From Pristiophorus japonicus (Eukaryota): a stretch of 64,000 bases of DNA. The notes below the pieces were generated by a model. The model had not been told where the DNA came from. It made no database searches and was given only the letters and a program-made list of their open reading frames with translations. How positions within the stretch are numbered: the first letter of the stretch is position 1; each line of letters begins with the position of its first letter. Both the position numbers and the translations under genes were made by a program. This document shows, in pieces, positions 33,494 through 47,674 of the stretch. Location of the stretch: assembly GCF_044704955.1 (NCBI RefSeq), contig NC_091992.1:57412001-57476000 (forward strand), in the 5' to 3' direction.

Positions 33494-36400
33494 TATTGTG
33501 TTCCGAACACTGATGAGGCTGCACACAGGGAGGTTAAAGTAACAGTGACTGACCTCAGTCTTTAATAAGACACTCCAGAGTGAGGAACAGGCCTTAGGGG
33601 CCAGCTTATATACAGTGTTCCCAAGGGATGCTGGTATCCCTTGGGACTTCAGGGGATGAGCTCCCTGGTGGCGGAACATGGGAGTGCATGCTTTACAGAT
33701 ACATAACATCACTCCCCCACCAAATTCAAAGTGAAAACTATTTACAAGGTGAGGTGGTCGGGAGCCTTTCTTTCCCTGGTGAATGGCCTCGGTACAAATG
33801 TCTGTTCTGGTGTGTTGGCTGTGCCCTCACTGGATTGGCGTGTTGTTGGACCTGCAGGGCTGCTCGGTGAGCCTGGCCTTGCTGGGCGAGCCTAGCCTTG
33901 CTAGGCTGTTGGGCGTGATAGGTTCGATTTCCTGGTCTGGCATGGTGTCGTTGATCCTTTGGATGTGTGTTGTGGGCTCGAAAAAGGTGGTGTCTGCTGT
34001 GGGTTGTTCAGGGCAGTCTGTGAACCACAGCCTCGTTTGGTCCAGGTGCTTTCTGCAAATTTGTCCATTGTCTAGGTTGACTACAAACACCCTACTCCTT
34101 TCTTTAGCGATCACCGTGTCCGCGATCCACTTGGGACCATGTCCAGAGTTTAGCACATACACAGAGTCATTCATATCAATTTCCCGTGACACAGTGGCGC
34201 GACCATCGTTTACATTTTGTTGCTGCCGCCTGCTCTCTACCTGATCATGCAGGTTGGGGTGAACCAGCGAGAGTCTGGTTTTAAATGTCCTTTTCATCAG
34301 TAGCTCAGCCGGGGGCACCCCTGTGAGCGAGTGGGGTCTCGTGCGGTAGCGGAGCAGTACTCGAGACAGGCGGGTTTGGAGTGAGCCTTCTGTGACTCGT
34401 TTAAGGCTCTGTTTGATGGTTTGTACTGCCCGCTCTGCCTGCCCATTAGAGGCTGGTTTAAACAGTGCCGAGGTGACATGTTTGATCCCATTGCGGGTTA
34501 TGAATTCTTTAAATTCGGCACTGGTGAAACATGGCCCGTTGTCACTGACCAGTATGTCAGGCAGGCCGTGGGTGGCAAACATGGCCCTCAGGCTTTCAAT
34601 GGTGGCAGTGGCGGTGCTTCCCGACAATATTTCACATTCAATCCATTTTCAAAACGCATCCACCACCACCAGGAACATTTTACCGAGAAACGGGCCCGCA
34701 TAGTTGACATGGATCCTCGACCATGGTCTGGAGGGCCAGGACCACAAACTTAGTGGTGCCTCTCTGGGCGCGTTGCTCAACTGAGCACATACGCTGCATT
34801 GCCGTACACAGGACTCTGAGTCAGAGTCGATACCGGACCACCACATGTGGGATCTGGCTATCGCTTTCATCATTACTATACCCGGGTGTGCGCTGTGGAG
34901 ATCCGAGATGAATGTCTCCCTGCCCTTTTTTGGTAGCACTACGCGGTTACCCCACAACAGGCAGTCTTGCCTGAATGGACAGCTTGTCCTTTCGCCGCTG
35001 GAACGGCTTGATTAGCTCTTGCATTTCAACGGGGATGCTTGCCCAGCTCCCATGCAGTACACAGTTTTTTTTTACTAGGGACAGCAGAGGATCTTGGCTG
35101 GTCCAAGTCCTAATCTGGCGAGCAGTGACTGGTGATTTATCATTTTCAAATGCTTCCATGACCATCAACAAGTCTGCGGGCTGCGCCACCATCAACAAGT
35201 TTGCAGGCTGCGCCATTTCCACCCCCGTGGTGGGCAATGGTAGCCGACTGAGAGCATCCGCACAGTTCTCAGTGCCTGGCCTGTGGCGGATGGTATAGTT
35301 ATACGCTGATAGCGTGAGTGCCCACCTTTGTATGCGGGCTGAGGCATTAGTATTTATCCCCTTGTTTTCAGCGAACAGGGATGTGAGGGGCATGTGATCG
35401 GTTTGCAGCTCAAATTTGAGACCAAACAGGTACTGATGCATTTTCTTTACCCCAAACACACACGCTAATGCCTCTTTCTCAATCATGCTGCAGGCTCTCT
35501 TGGCCTTAGACAAGCTCCTGGAAGCATAGGCGACAGGTTGCAACTTCCCCGCAACGTTAGCTTGTTGTAATACACACCCAACTCCATACGACGACGTGTC
35601 ACGTGCTAGCACAAGTCTTTTACACGGGTTACACAATTCAAGCAGCTTGTTTCTGGCTATCTCAAAAGCAATTACTTGTTTTTTTTCCCCAGTATCCAGT
35701 TCTCACCTTTGCGCATTAACACATGTAGGGGCTCTAAGAGGGTGCTAACCCCGGTAAGAAGTTAGCAAAATAGTTGAGGAGTCCCAGGAACGACCGCAGC
35801 TCCGTGACGTTATGTGGCCTGGGCGCAGTCCTGATAGCCTCTGTCTTGGCGTCTGTGGGCTGAATGCCGTCCGCCGTGATCTTTCTCCCCAAAAACTCCA
35901 CTTCTGTTGCCATGAAGACGCATTTCGACCTCTTCAGCCGCAGCCCTACGCGATCCAGTCGCTGGAGGACCTCCTCCAGGTTTTGTAGGTGCTCGGCGGT
36001 GTCCCGACCAATATGTCATCCTAAAAGACCACCGTGTGTGGTACCAACTTGAGTAGGCTCTCCATGTTTCTCTGGAAGATCGCTGCAGCCGACCAAATTG
36101 CAAACGGGCCGTGTTATAGATGAACAGTCCCTTGTGCGCGTTGATGCAGTTGAGGCCCTTCGAAGACTCCTCCAGCTCCTGCGTCATGTAGGCCGAAGTC
36201 AGGTCGAGCTTGGTGACTGTCTTGCCCCCTGCCAGCGTCGCAAATAGGTCGTCTGCCTCAGGTAGCGGGTATTGGTCCTGTAGAGAGAAACGATTAATAG
36301 TTACTTTATGATCGCCGCAAATCCTGACCGTGCCATCACTTTCGAGTACTGGAACAATCGGGCTAGCCCACTCCCTGAATTCCACTGGGGAGATGATGCC

Positions 36401-37955
36401 CTCGCGTTGCAGCCTGTCCAGCTCAATCTCCACTCTCTTCCTCATCATGTGAGGTACCGCTTGCGCCTTGTGGTGAATGGGTCATGCCTCTGGGACCAAG
36501 TGGATCCGCACCTTCGCCCCGAAAAAGTTTCCAATGCCTGGCTCAAAAAGGGAAGGAAATTTGTTAAGAACCTGGGTACATGTGGCCTCATTGACATGTG
36601 ATAGCACTCGGATGTCATCCCAGTTCCAGCGGATTTTGCCCAGCCAGCTCCTTCCAAGCAGTGTGCGGCCATTGCCCGGGACAATCCAGAGTAGCAGTTC
36701 GTGTACCGTGCCCTCGTAGGTGACCTTGACCATGGCGCTGTCCAGGACAGTGATAAGCTCTTTGGTGTATATTCTCAGTTTCGTGTGGATGGGGCTCAGG
36801 GCTGGTCTGAATGCCTTGTTGCACCACAGTCTCTCAAACATCTTTTTACTCATGATGATTGGCTAGCGCCGGTGTCCAGTTCCATGGCTCAAAATTGCTT
36901 TGATCCACCATGGACCGATCTTCCTCTGCCATGTGGTGATTAGCAGATTTTGCAGGGCTTGCAGCTCATTTGCAAGCTCGTTGGAGGTGCCCCATTGTTC
37001 CACAGCTCTTGCAAACATACCCTTTGAAGCGGCATGAATAGGCTGAATGGAAGCCTCCACAACGCCAACAAAGTGTGAATTGTCTTGCATTCATCCTTTG
37101 TTGGGGACTCTGAGTCATTTGGGTCACCTGAGGCCTGCTGGCAGTTGCAGACTCATGGGTTCTGTCCTGTACATTTCTGCTCGCAAACACAGTTCCAGTT
37201 AATTTATGAACATTGCTCGCACTTGTGTGCTGAGAGATTTGTTTGGTGTTATCACTGGTGGACATAAACTCCTGTGCTATCGCAATGGCCTTACTGAGTG
37301 TCGGTGTCTCTACAGTCAAAAGCTTTTGTAGGATGGTCTCGTGGCCAATGCCCAGTACAAAAAAGTCTGTGAGCATTTGCTCCAGGTAGCCATCAAACTC
37401 ACATTGTCCTGCAAGTCGCCTTAGCTCGGCGACGTAGCTCACTACTTCCTGACCTGGCGCGTGCAGAGGCGATACCTCGCCATCAGCAGACTCTGCCTCG
37501 GGTTAAGATGCTCCCGAACCAGGGTACACAGCTCCTCATACGACTTATCTGTGGGTTTCACTGGAGCCAAAAGATTCTTCATGAGGTTGTAGGTCGGTGC
37601 CCCGCAGACTGTGAGGAGGACCGCTCTCCTTTTTGCAGCGCTTCCTTCTCTGTCCAGCTCGTGGGCTACAAAGTATTGGTCTAGCCATTCGACATAGGCT
37701 TCCCAGTCCTTACCCTCCGAGAACTTCTCCAGGATGCCCACAGTTTGCTGCATCTTTGCATTGGATTCGTATTCTCGTCGCCTGTTCTTGTGTTCCGAAC
37801 ACAGATGAGGCTGTACACAGGGCTGTTAAAGTAACAGTGACCTCAGTCTTCAATAAGACACTCTCGAGTGAGGAACAAGCCTTAGGGGCCGGACTTCAGG
37901 AGATGAGCTCCCTGGTGGCGGAACATGGGAGTGCATGCTTTACAGATGCACAACA
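33494..37955 (-). mobile_element. Ty3/Gypsy family A, copy 2 (full length, degenerate)
   Basis: LTRs 37786-37955 (5') and 33494-33708 (3'); TSD GTAAA (33489-33493 / 37956-37960); PBS AGGCGACGAG resembling the complement of the tRNA-Ser(GCU) 3' end; gag with CX2CX3HX4C + CX2CX4HX4C; integrase SDNGPCF...SNGQAER. Confidence 0.95.
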
Positions 37956-38030
37956 GTAAACATGTTGGTGTAAGATACCTAACCAATGTAATTTTGTTTC
38001 TGGTGTTACTGAAACTTTGATTTAACAATA

Positions 38031-38522
38031 CAGGTACAACGTCTGAAATCCGGAATCCTTGGGACCGAGTCCGTGCCGGTTTGGGGTTTTTCCGGATTTC
38101 AGACAAGAAAATAAATAATCTGAAATCTGGAATGCTCGACCGAATCCGAGCAGTAAACTCCGAAATGCGGCAAAACGCGAAATCCGGCACGGATTTGGTC
38201 GAGGATTCCAGATTTCAGACTATTTATGTTCTTGTCTGAAATCCGGAATCCTTGGCTGAGTCCGTGCCGGATTTCGGGTCTTGCTGCTCTTTGCGCCCAC
38301 CGCGACCGCGACCGCGACCCCCCCCCCCCACCGGCGCAACGCTTTTTACTGGCAAGTAGCCTCCTTATTCCTCCTACCAAACTGAACAACCCCCTGTTGG
38401 CTGCCTCAAAAATGTCTGGTTTTCGGACAATAATTCCGGACAACTCCATCAGCAATGCGCAAAATGTCCGGTTTACGGATAATTCCTGTTTTCGGAGTTC
38501 TGGATTCGGGACATTGCACCTG
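38031..38522. mobile_element. Tc1/pogo (Tigger-like) MITE
   Basis: TA TSD; TIR CAGGTACAACGTCTGAAATCCGGAA vs CAGGTGCAATGTCCCGAATCCAGAA; many internal TCCGGA-type motifs. Confidence 0.8.
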
Positions 38523-40199
38523 TATTTAACACATTTTAACCAGAATAGGAATTTCCTACCTTGTAAGTAACAATTTTTGTTGCAACAAATGATGTCTGGA
38601 TGGTTGAAGGCGATGATCTGAACTCCATTGGCTGGTAATAGAGCTAGGATTTCAAAAATAAAATACACTTTAGAAATATATAAAAGAATTGTGAAATGCG
38701 AATTTATAAATCTTTTTAGACTCAGAAAAGATGTTGATCAAAGGAAAGCTGCCTATGACAGTATCTTTTTCGAAGATATAATTTACAATCACAATAGACC
38801 TTTTCTGGTATCAAGTGTTCATTCTTTGGGGCACAACATTAGAACCTTTTTAAAATGGAGAAAATAGCGGTACATTTTCTTCCAGTCATTACCGCTCTCA
38901 GGAGAGTTCACGCCTACAGTGTACAGACATCACAATCTCGACTATTTGTGCAAAGAGAGAGGGACCTGTTCCAGTCCATTATCCACCGGACTCAGGAGCA
39001 TGTGTGGGAGCGAGGGTTTTGACTGCATTGATTATCAGCTGAAAATGTTGGCACACTGCTCCCAAAATGGCTGACTGAGAGTTTGCATGTGTGAGGGACT
39101 TTCTCCACTTTCTTAAAATTACTGGGAAATGAAAAGTGCATTTACTGTTGTCAAGAGAACATACGGAGTAAAGAAAAACTTTTAGAAAAGGATGATTAGA
39201 AAAATGTTAAACTGCAGAACAAAAGAAACCATTCCCACATATTTTGGTGTCCTAAATAAGCAGAGGGTACAATAAACATGTGTGGAAAAACTTATCATGT
39301 TTAGGAAACACAAAAAGGCTGGAGCCTCATGGAACAACTCACAGGGAGAACAGCACTTCCAGGCTGTTGAATATACCTTTACTTGAAGAATGATGAACTG
39401 TTGCACTTGCAAGTGAATCATCTGCCTTTGTATTTATTATTTGCTGTGCTCCACATACTTTTGATTTATCTCCCCAGGTACTTCCTCACAAGAAGAGGCA
39501 GAGGAGATGAAACAACTCCTGCTAGAAAGGTTCCCTCCAAACATGTTGACATAGCCCAGATACCCCAATCGGGGTTGAGAGCCATCGCTAGGCTCTTCTG
39601 AAGCCAGCTCCTTGGATACACTATTAATTTTATGGCCAAGGGTTTGCAGCCCTTACCAGAGACATTGCGCTGGGGGAAAGAGTAATCCGTTGTTCCTACA
39701 TTCATGAGGGAAGGTGAGAAATGTAAGCACCCGCTCATCGACCAGATTCAGGGCGGGGCTTATTTCATTAGATTTCTTTCAAAAGTTATTCAAGTTAAAA
39801 TTTAGATCTCAGAACCAGTGGAGGCCAACAAGATACATGGAAAAGTCACAGTGCTTTTAAACTGGGATCTGTATGTGTTCCAGAATCTACCTTCATATGG
39901 AAAAAGACAAAGGGGCTGAGACTCTTGGCAAACAGCTTTCCATGTTTACAATCTGTATAGGGACCATTACATCAGTTTTGTATCCTGATATTCACATCCA
40001 TTACAAATTCAACCTCAGTGCTACTATATCACGTATCTTCTTGGTATAAAAATAGGAATAAAAAAAGCTATCCCACCCATCCATCCATCTCACTCCATCG
40101 TCAAGCGTCACTGGCAGTATTTCTTTCTCTTTGATAGCAGAGCAGCTTCAAAATAAAAACCACAATGATTATGATTTCCCTATCTTTAGATTTTCACCT

Positions 40200-40613
40200 T
40201 GGAGAGGGAGCAGAGGTGATTTATGAGAATGATACCTGGGAGGAGTGTCTTCAGTTATGTGGAGCGAAGAGAGATGCTGGGATTGTTCTCCTTAGGACAG
40301 AGAAGGTTAAGCGGAGATTTAATAGAGTGTTCAAAAGTATGAGAGGTTTTGATCGAGAAGATCGGGAGAAATTGTTTCCACTGACAGGAGAGTCCGAAAC
40401 CAGATAACACAGATTTAAGGTAACTGGCAAAAGAACCAGAGGGGTGACGAGAGTTTTTTTTACGCAACGAGTTGTATATATATATATACCTGAAGGGGCA
40501 AGAACTGCGTAGCTATGGAAAGATAGCAGGGCAGTGGGACTAATTGGATAGTTCTTTCACAGATACCATGGGCCGTAATGCCTCCTTCTGTACGGTAAGA
40601 TTCTAGGATTCTA
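40200..40613 (+). mobile_element. Old CR1 3' fragment
   Basis: VFKSMRGFDREDREKLFPL; 3' GGGCCGTAATGCCTCCTTCTG...GATTCTA tail. Confidence 0.75.
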
Positions 40614-40739
40614 ACAGTTCACCAAGGTGCACAACGTGCTATTCTCAAGAAATTAACTAAACACATTCACAGGCTCAATTGGATCCAGTCTTTTCATGCT
40701 ACGTAAACAAAAGCAGTTACCTTCACAAAATGGGGATGA

Positions 40740-40940
40740 AAACGGAAAATTATGGTAAAACGCAGCAGGTTGATCAACATTTGAAAGAGAAACAGATCGG
40801 TTTGCATTTCAATTGTGACACTTCATCAAAATTAATGAGAGCTCACACTCAAATGTTTACCTATCTTGTTCTTTCCGATACAGATCAGCCTGCTGAGCAT
40901 TTCCTGCACTATTGTTTCAGATTGCAAGCATGTGTCATTT
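40740..40940. repeat. Degenerate short hairpin repeat (possibly Penelope-LTR derived)
   Basis: Loosely inverted arms CAGCAGGTTGATC...GAAAGAGAAACAGAT vs TCTTGTTCTTTC...GATCAGCCTGCTG. The family call is from recall only. Confidence 0.4.
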
Positions 40941-42245
40941 TATCCATACCTGCATAGAATTTACGTTGCAAAGAATTAACATACACTGATTTGAACCTTT
41001 AAAAAAAATTAAAATGACCAATTATACCATATAATCTTTGACGAAGTTGGGGAAGAGGACGAGGAGGGGAAGTGTATTGTGGTAGTTGTAGGTGATTCTA
41101 GAATTAGAGGGACAGAGAGCATCCTTTGCAAGCAAGATCGAGAGTCCCACATGATATGTTGCCCACCTGGTGCCAGGATGAGGGACATCTCGAACCGGCT
41201 TGAAAGGATATTAGAGAGGGAGGGGGAGGATGCAGTCGTTATGGTCCATGTTGGGACCAACGACATAGGGAAGAGTAGGCAAGAGGTCCTGCTTGGGAAG
41301 TACCAGGAACGAGGAGCTAAATTAAAGAACAGGACCTCAAAGGTTATAATCTCTGGATTATTACCTGAGCCACTTGTAAATGGGCATAGGGATAAGCAAA
41401 TTAGGGAGGTGAACACGTGGTGTGAGAAAGAGGGGTACCATTTCATGGGGCACTGGCACCAGTATTGAGACAAGAAGAAACTGTACCATTAGGACGGGCT
41501 CCACCTGAATTAAGGATTAAATCACTTCAACAATAAGCGAGGATATAACGAGAGCTAAGCAGGCAGTGGAGATTTTATGGGTAGAATTAAGAAACATGTA
41601 AGGATTTGAGACTTTAGTGGTAGCAGCTGTGAAGTGCCAGATTGTATAAATGCAGAGATCAGACAAGCATGTAGTAAGGCAGAGTGGTTTTAATGGGGAA
41701 TTTTAATTTTTCATATAGATTGGAATAAGTCGACTAGCACATGTCAGAAGCGAATTTTGAGTGTGTCCAAGATAGTTTTCTGAACAATATGTCCCAGAAC
41801 CAACAAGGAGTAATGAACCAGATTTGGTTAACAGCCTAATGGTGAGTAAACATTTAGCTAATAGTGATCACAACATGATCGAGTTCAACCTTGTGCTTGA
41901 AAGGGAGAAGCACGAAACAGCCACTAATATTCTAGGTTTGAGTAAGGCCAACTGCAACGAGAGGAGACAGAGATAGTCCACAGTACACTGGGCAAATCGG
42001 TTAATGGGGAAAACGACAGAAGATCAGTGGGAGGTGTCCAAAAAGTAATTTAATGTGATACAGAACCAGTTTATACCCCTGAGGGGTATGAGCTCTACTT
42101 GCTAAAAAAAAAACAGCCATGGACGACTAAAGAAGTAAGGGACAGCATAAAACTAAAAGATAAAGCATACAAAAATGCAATAAATAGCACAGATTCTGGC
42201 GAATGGGAAAGATACAAATAACAGCAAATGGTCACAAAACAGATA

Positions 42246-42679
42246 CAGCACCTAAACGTGGCCGTTCCGGATTCTGGACTTTTCCGGACTTTCGATTTGC
42301 TTTCTGACATCACGAATCCGGAAACATCCGAGCCCAGGTTCAGGTATTTCCGGATTTCAGAACATCAGAAAGGGGAGGGGGGATTCCCGCCAAGGAGCTG
42401 TTCGGGTCATCTGGCCACGCCGAGGTCGTCGGGCAGGGCCCTGCCGAGGTGTTCGGGCCGGCCGGCCGGCCCCGGCAAGGAGGTCGTCGGGCGGGCCAGC
42501 GAAGAGGCCCCGAGGTAAGGGCAGCGGTGGTGAGACGAGCTGCAGCAAGGCAAGGCACGAGGTCAGCAGCGTCAGTGAGTCCGGATTCCGGAACATTTTA
42601 TGGATTCCGGACGACCCTACCACCGATAGTCCCAGAGTCCAGATCATTCCGGAACTCCAGATTCTCGACGCTGCATCTG
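42246..42679. mobile_element. Tigger-like MITE (left TIR eroded)
   Basis: Inserted at TA in CR1 (ACAGATA|...|TAGCAAGAG); CAG...CTG ends; right TIR resembles the element at 38031. Confidence 0.7.
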
Positions 42680-42819
42680 TAGCAAGAGCTACAAACAGGG
42701 AGTACGAAAAGAAATTTGCAACAGTTGCAACATAAAATGTTTTTACTAATAGATTAGGAAAAAGAGGATGGTCCAGACCAATGCTGGCCCCTTAAAATCT
42801 GAAAGTGGTGATATTGTCA

Positions 42820-45800
42820 AACATAGAAACATAGAAAATAGGTGCAGGAGTAGGCCATTTGGCCCTTCTAGCCTGCACCGCCATTCAATGAGTTCATGTC
42901 TGAACATGCAACTTCAGTACCCGATTCCTGCTTTCTCACCATACCCCTTGATCCCCCGAGTAGTAAGGACTTCATCAAACTCCCTTTTGAATATATTTAG
43001 TGAATTGGTCTCAACAACTTTTTGTGGTAGAGAATTCCACAGGTTCACCACTCTCTGGGTGAAGAAATTCCTCCTCATCTCGGTCCTAAATGGCTTACCC
43101 CTTATCCTTAGACTGTGTCCCCTGGTTCTGGACTTCCCCAACATTGGGAACATTCTTCCTGCATCTAACCTGTCTAAACCCGTCAGAATTTTAAACGTTT
43201 CTATGAGGTCCCCTCTCATTCTTCTGAACTCCAGTGAATACAAGCCCAGTTGATCCAGTCTTTCTTGATAGGTCAGTCCCGCCATCCCGGGAATCAGTCT
43301 GGTGAACCTTCGCTGCACTCCCTCAATAGCAAGAATGTCCTTCCTCAGGTTAGGAGACCAAAACTGTACACAATACTCCAGGTGTGGCCTCACCAAGGCC
43401 CTGTACAACTGTAGCAACACCTGCCTGCCCCTGTACTCAAATCCCCTCGCTATGAAGGCCAACATGCCATTTGCTTTCTTAACCGCCTGCTGTACCTGCA
43501 TGCCAACCTTCAATGACTGATGTACCATGACACCCAGGTCTCTTTGCACCTCCCCTTTTCCTAATCTGTCACCATTCAGATAATAGTCTGTCTCTCTGTT
43601 TTTACCACCAAAGTGGATAACCTCACATTTATCCACATTATACTTCATCTGCCATGCATTTGCCCACTCACCTAACCTATCCAAGTCGCTCTGCAGCCTC
43701 ACAGCATCCTCCTCGCAGCTCACACTGCCACCCAACTTAGTGTCATTCGCAAATTTGGAGATACTACATTTAATCCCCTCATCTAAATCATTAATGTACA
43801 GTGTAAACAGCTGGGGCCCCAGCACAGAACCTTGCGGTACCCCACTAGTCACTGCCTGCCATTCTGAAAAGTACCCATTTACTCCTACTCTTTGCTTCCT
43901 GTCTGACAACCAGTTCTCAATCCATATCAGCACACTACCCCCAATCCCATGTGCTTTAACTTTGCACATTAATCTCTTGTGTGGGACCTTGTCGAAAGCC
44001 TTCTGAAAGTCCAAATATACCACATCAACTGGTTCTCCCTTGTCCACTTTACTGGAAACATTCTCAAAAAATTCCAGAAGATTTGTCAAGCATGATTTCC
44101 CTTTCACAAATCCATGCTGACTTGGACCTATCATGTCACCTCTTTCCAAATGCGCTGCTATGACATCCTTAATAATTGATTCCATCATTTTACCCACTAC
44201 CGATGTCAGGCTGACCGGTCTATAATTCCCGGTTATCTCGCTCCCTCCTTTTTTAAAAAGTGGGGTTACATTGGCTACCCTCCACTCCATAGGAACTGAT
44301 CCAGAGTCAATGGAATGTTGCAAAATGACTGTCAATGCATCCACTATTTCCCTCAGTTCCTCCTCCTTACTAGACCCTCCGACCCCTTTTATATCCGGAA
44401 GGTTGTTTGTGTCCACCTCAGTGAATACCGAACCAAAGTACCATTTCTTTGTTCCCCGTTATGACTTCCCCTGATTCTGACTGCAGGGGATCTACATTTG
44501 TCTTTACTAACCTTTTTCTCTTTACATATCTATAGAAACTTTTGCAATCCGTCTTAATGTTCCCTGCAAGCTTCTTCTCGTACTCCATTTTCCCTGCCCT
44601 AATCAAACCCTTTGTCCTCCTCTGCTGAGTTCTAAATTTCTCCCAGTCCCCGGGTTCGCTGCTATTTCTGGCCAATTTGTATGCCACTTCCTTGGCTTTA
44701 ATACTATCCCTGATTTCCCTTGATAGCCACGGTTGAGCCACCTTCCCTTTTTTATTTTTACGCCAGACAGGAATGTACAATTGTTGTAATTCATCCATGC
44801 GGTCTCTAAATATCTGCCATTGCCCATCCACAGTCAACCCCTTAAGTATCATTCGCCAATCTATCCTAGCCAATTCACTCCTTATACCTTCAAAGTTACC
44901 CTTCTTTAAGTTCTGGACCATGGTCTCTGAATTAACTGTTTCATTCTCCATCCTAATGCAGAATTCCACCATATTATGGTCACTCTTCCCCAAGGGGCCT
45001 CACACAATGAGATTGCTAATTAATCCTCTCTCATTACACAACACCCAGTCTAAGATGGCCTCCCCCCTATTTGGTTCCTCGACATATTGGTCTAAAAAAC
45101 CATCCCTTATGCACTCCAGGAAATCCTCCTCTACCGTATTGCTTCCAGTTTGGTTAACCCAATCTATGTGCATATTAAAGTCACCCATTATAACTGCTGC
45201 ACCTTTATTGCACGCACCCCTAATTTCATGTTTGATGCCCTCCCCAACATCACTACTACTGCTTGGAGGTCTGTACACAATTCCCACTAACGTTTTTTGC
45301 CCTTTGGTATTCTGCAGCTCGACCCATATAGATTCCACATCATCCAAGCTAATGTATCCGAACTATTGCCTTAATTTCCTCCTTAACCAGCAATGCTACC
45401 CCACCTCCTTTTCCTTTTATTCTATCTTTCCTGAATGTTGAATACCCCTGAATGTTGAGTTCCCAGCCCTCATCATCCTGGAGCCACGTCTCCGTAATCC
45501 CAATCACATCATATTTGTTAACATCTATTTGCACAGTTAATTAATTCACCTTATTGCGGATACTCCTTGCATTAAGACACAAAGCCTTCAGGCTTGTTTT
45601 TTTAACACCCTTTGTCCTTTTAGAATTTTGCTGTACAATGGCCCTTTTTGTTCTTTGCCTTGGGTTTCTCTGCCCTCCACTTTTCCTCATCTCCTTTCTG
45701 TCTTTTGCTTTTGCCTCCTTTTTGTTTCCCTCTGTCTCCCTGCATTGGTTCCCATCCCCCTGCCATATTCGTTTAAATCCTCCCCAACAGCACTAGCAAA

Positions 45801-46635
45801 CACTCCCCCTAGGACATTGGTTCCGGTCCTGCCCAGGTGCAGACCGTCCGGTTTGTACTGGTCCCACCTCCCCCAGAACCGGTTCCAATGCCCCAGGAAT
45901 TTGAATCCCTCCCTGCTGCACCACTGCTCAAGCCACGTATTCATCTGCGCTATCCTGCGATTCCTACTCTGACTAGCACGTGGCACTGGTAGCAATCCCG
46001 AGATTACTACTTTTGAGGTCCTACTTTTTAATTTAGCTCCTAGCTCCTTAAATTCGTTTCGTAGGACCTCATCCCTTTTTTTAACCTATGTCGTTGGTAC
46101 CAATGTGCACCACGACAACTGGCTGATCTCCCTCCCTTTTTAGAATGTCCTGCACCTGCTCCGAGACATCCTTGACCCTTGCACCAGGGAGGCAACATAC
46201 CATCCTGGAGTCTCGGTTGCGGCCGCAGAAACGCCTATCTATTCCCCTTACAATTGAATCCCCTATCACTATCGCTCTCCCACTCTTTTTCCTGCCCTCC
46301 TGTGCAACAGAGCCAGCCACGGTGACATGAACTTGGCTGCTGCTGCCCTCCCCTGATGAGTCATCCCCCTCAACAGTACCCAAAGCAGTGTATCTGTTTT
46401 GCAGGGAGATGACCACAGGGGACTCCTGCACTACCTTCCTTGCACTGCTCTTCCTGTTGGTCTTCCATTCCCTATCTGGCTGTGGACCCTTTCCCTGCGG
46501 TACGACCAACTCGCTACACGTGATACTCACGTCATTCTCAGCATCGTGGATGCTCCAGGGTGAATCCACCCTCAGCTCCAACTCCGCAACGCGGACCGAC
46601 AGGAGCTGGAGGCGGATACACTTCCCACACACGTA
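42820..46635 (-). mobile_element. Young, long CR1 with ORF1 (CxxC, coiled coil, SGNH esterase) and ORF2 (APE + RT), with few lesions
   Basis: ORF1 CGKC...LELRVD...IGDSIVRG...HIGTND...DGLHL; 500-aa open RT segment at 42914-44416; (CATAGAAA)n tail on +. Confidence 0.95.
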
Positions 46636-47674
46636 GGATAATAAGGAAATGGCAGACATGTTGAATAATTACTTTGCGTCAGTATTTATAGTATTTACAA
46701 CAAGCCGGAAATCCCAAAGAAATTAATATTGATTCAGGGTCAGGGACTCAATAAAATTAATGTCAATACAATAACAGGAATGAAGAAAATAACGGCACTA
46801 AAGGGTGTCAAACCCCCAGGGCCAGATCGTTTCCATCCCAGGGCTTTATAGGAAGTAGGTGAGCACATTGCAGATGCCCTAACTATAATTTATCAAAGTT
46901 CTCTCGATTCTGGAACCGTTCCTTCAGATTGGAAAATTGCACATGTCACTCCGCTATTTAAGAAAGGTGAGAGAGGGAAGCCAGGGAATTATAGACCAAT
47001 TAGCCTAATGTCTGTTGTTGGGAAATTACTAGAGACTATAATTAGGGATAGGGTGACTGAACACCTTTTTTCAGCTGAATAGAGAGAGCCAGCATGGATT
47101 TTTGAAAGGTAGGTCATGCCTGAAAAATCTGATTGAAATTTTTGAGGAGGTGACTAAAGTAGTGGACGGGAATGTATATGGATATAATTTATGTGGACTT
47201 CCAGAAGGCATTTGATAAAATTCCTCATAAGAGACCGTTATCCAAGGTGGAAACCCATGGAAGTGAAGGCAAATTATTGACCTGGCTAGAAAATTTGCTG
47301 AGCGGCAGGAGACAGAGAGTAGGGATAATGGATAGGTACTCAAATTGGCAGGTATGTGACTAGCGGTGTTCCACAGGGACCTGTGTTAGGGCTTCAACTA
47401 TTCACCGTATTTATTAACAACTTAGATGACAGCATAGAAAGCAACATATCCACATTTTCCAATGACACAAAGATAGACAGCATTGTAGACAGTGTAGATG
47501 AAAGCATAACATGACAGAAGGATATTGATAAGATTCAGTGAATGGCCAAATCCTTGGTGAATGAATTTCAATGTAGACAAATATGAGGCCATCCACTTTG
47601 GACCTAAAAAGGACAGAATAGGGTACTCTCTAAATGGTGAAAAGCTAAAAACAGTCGATGTCCAAAGAGACTTG

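Noticed and set aside
2148-37955. Inversion mediated by the two inverted Gypsy A copies
   Set aside because: Each copy retains its own matching TSD pair (AAAGG and GTAAA), so the flanks have not been exchanged.
41079-41468. Host SGNH/GDSL esterase gene
   Set aside because: It is CR1 ORF1, directly followed by CR1 ORF2 remnants; the same applies to 45687-46635.
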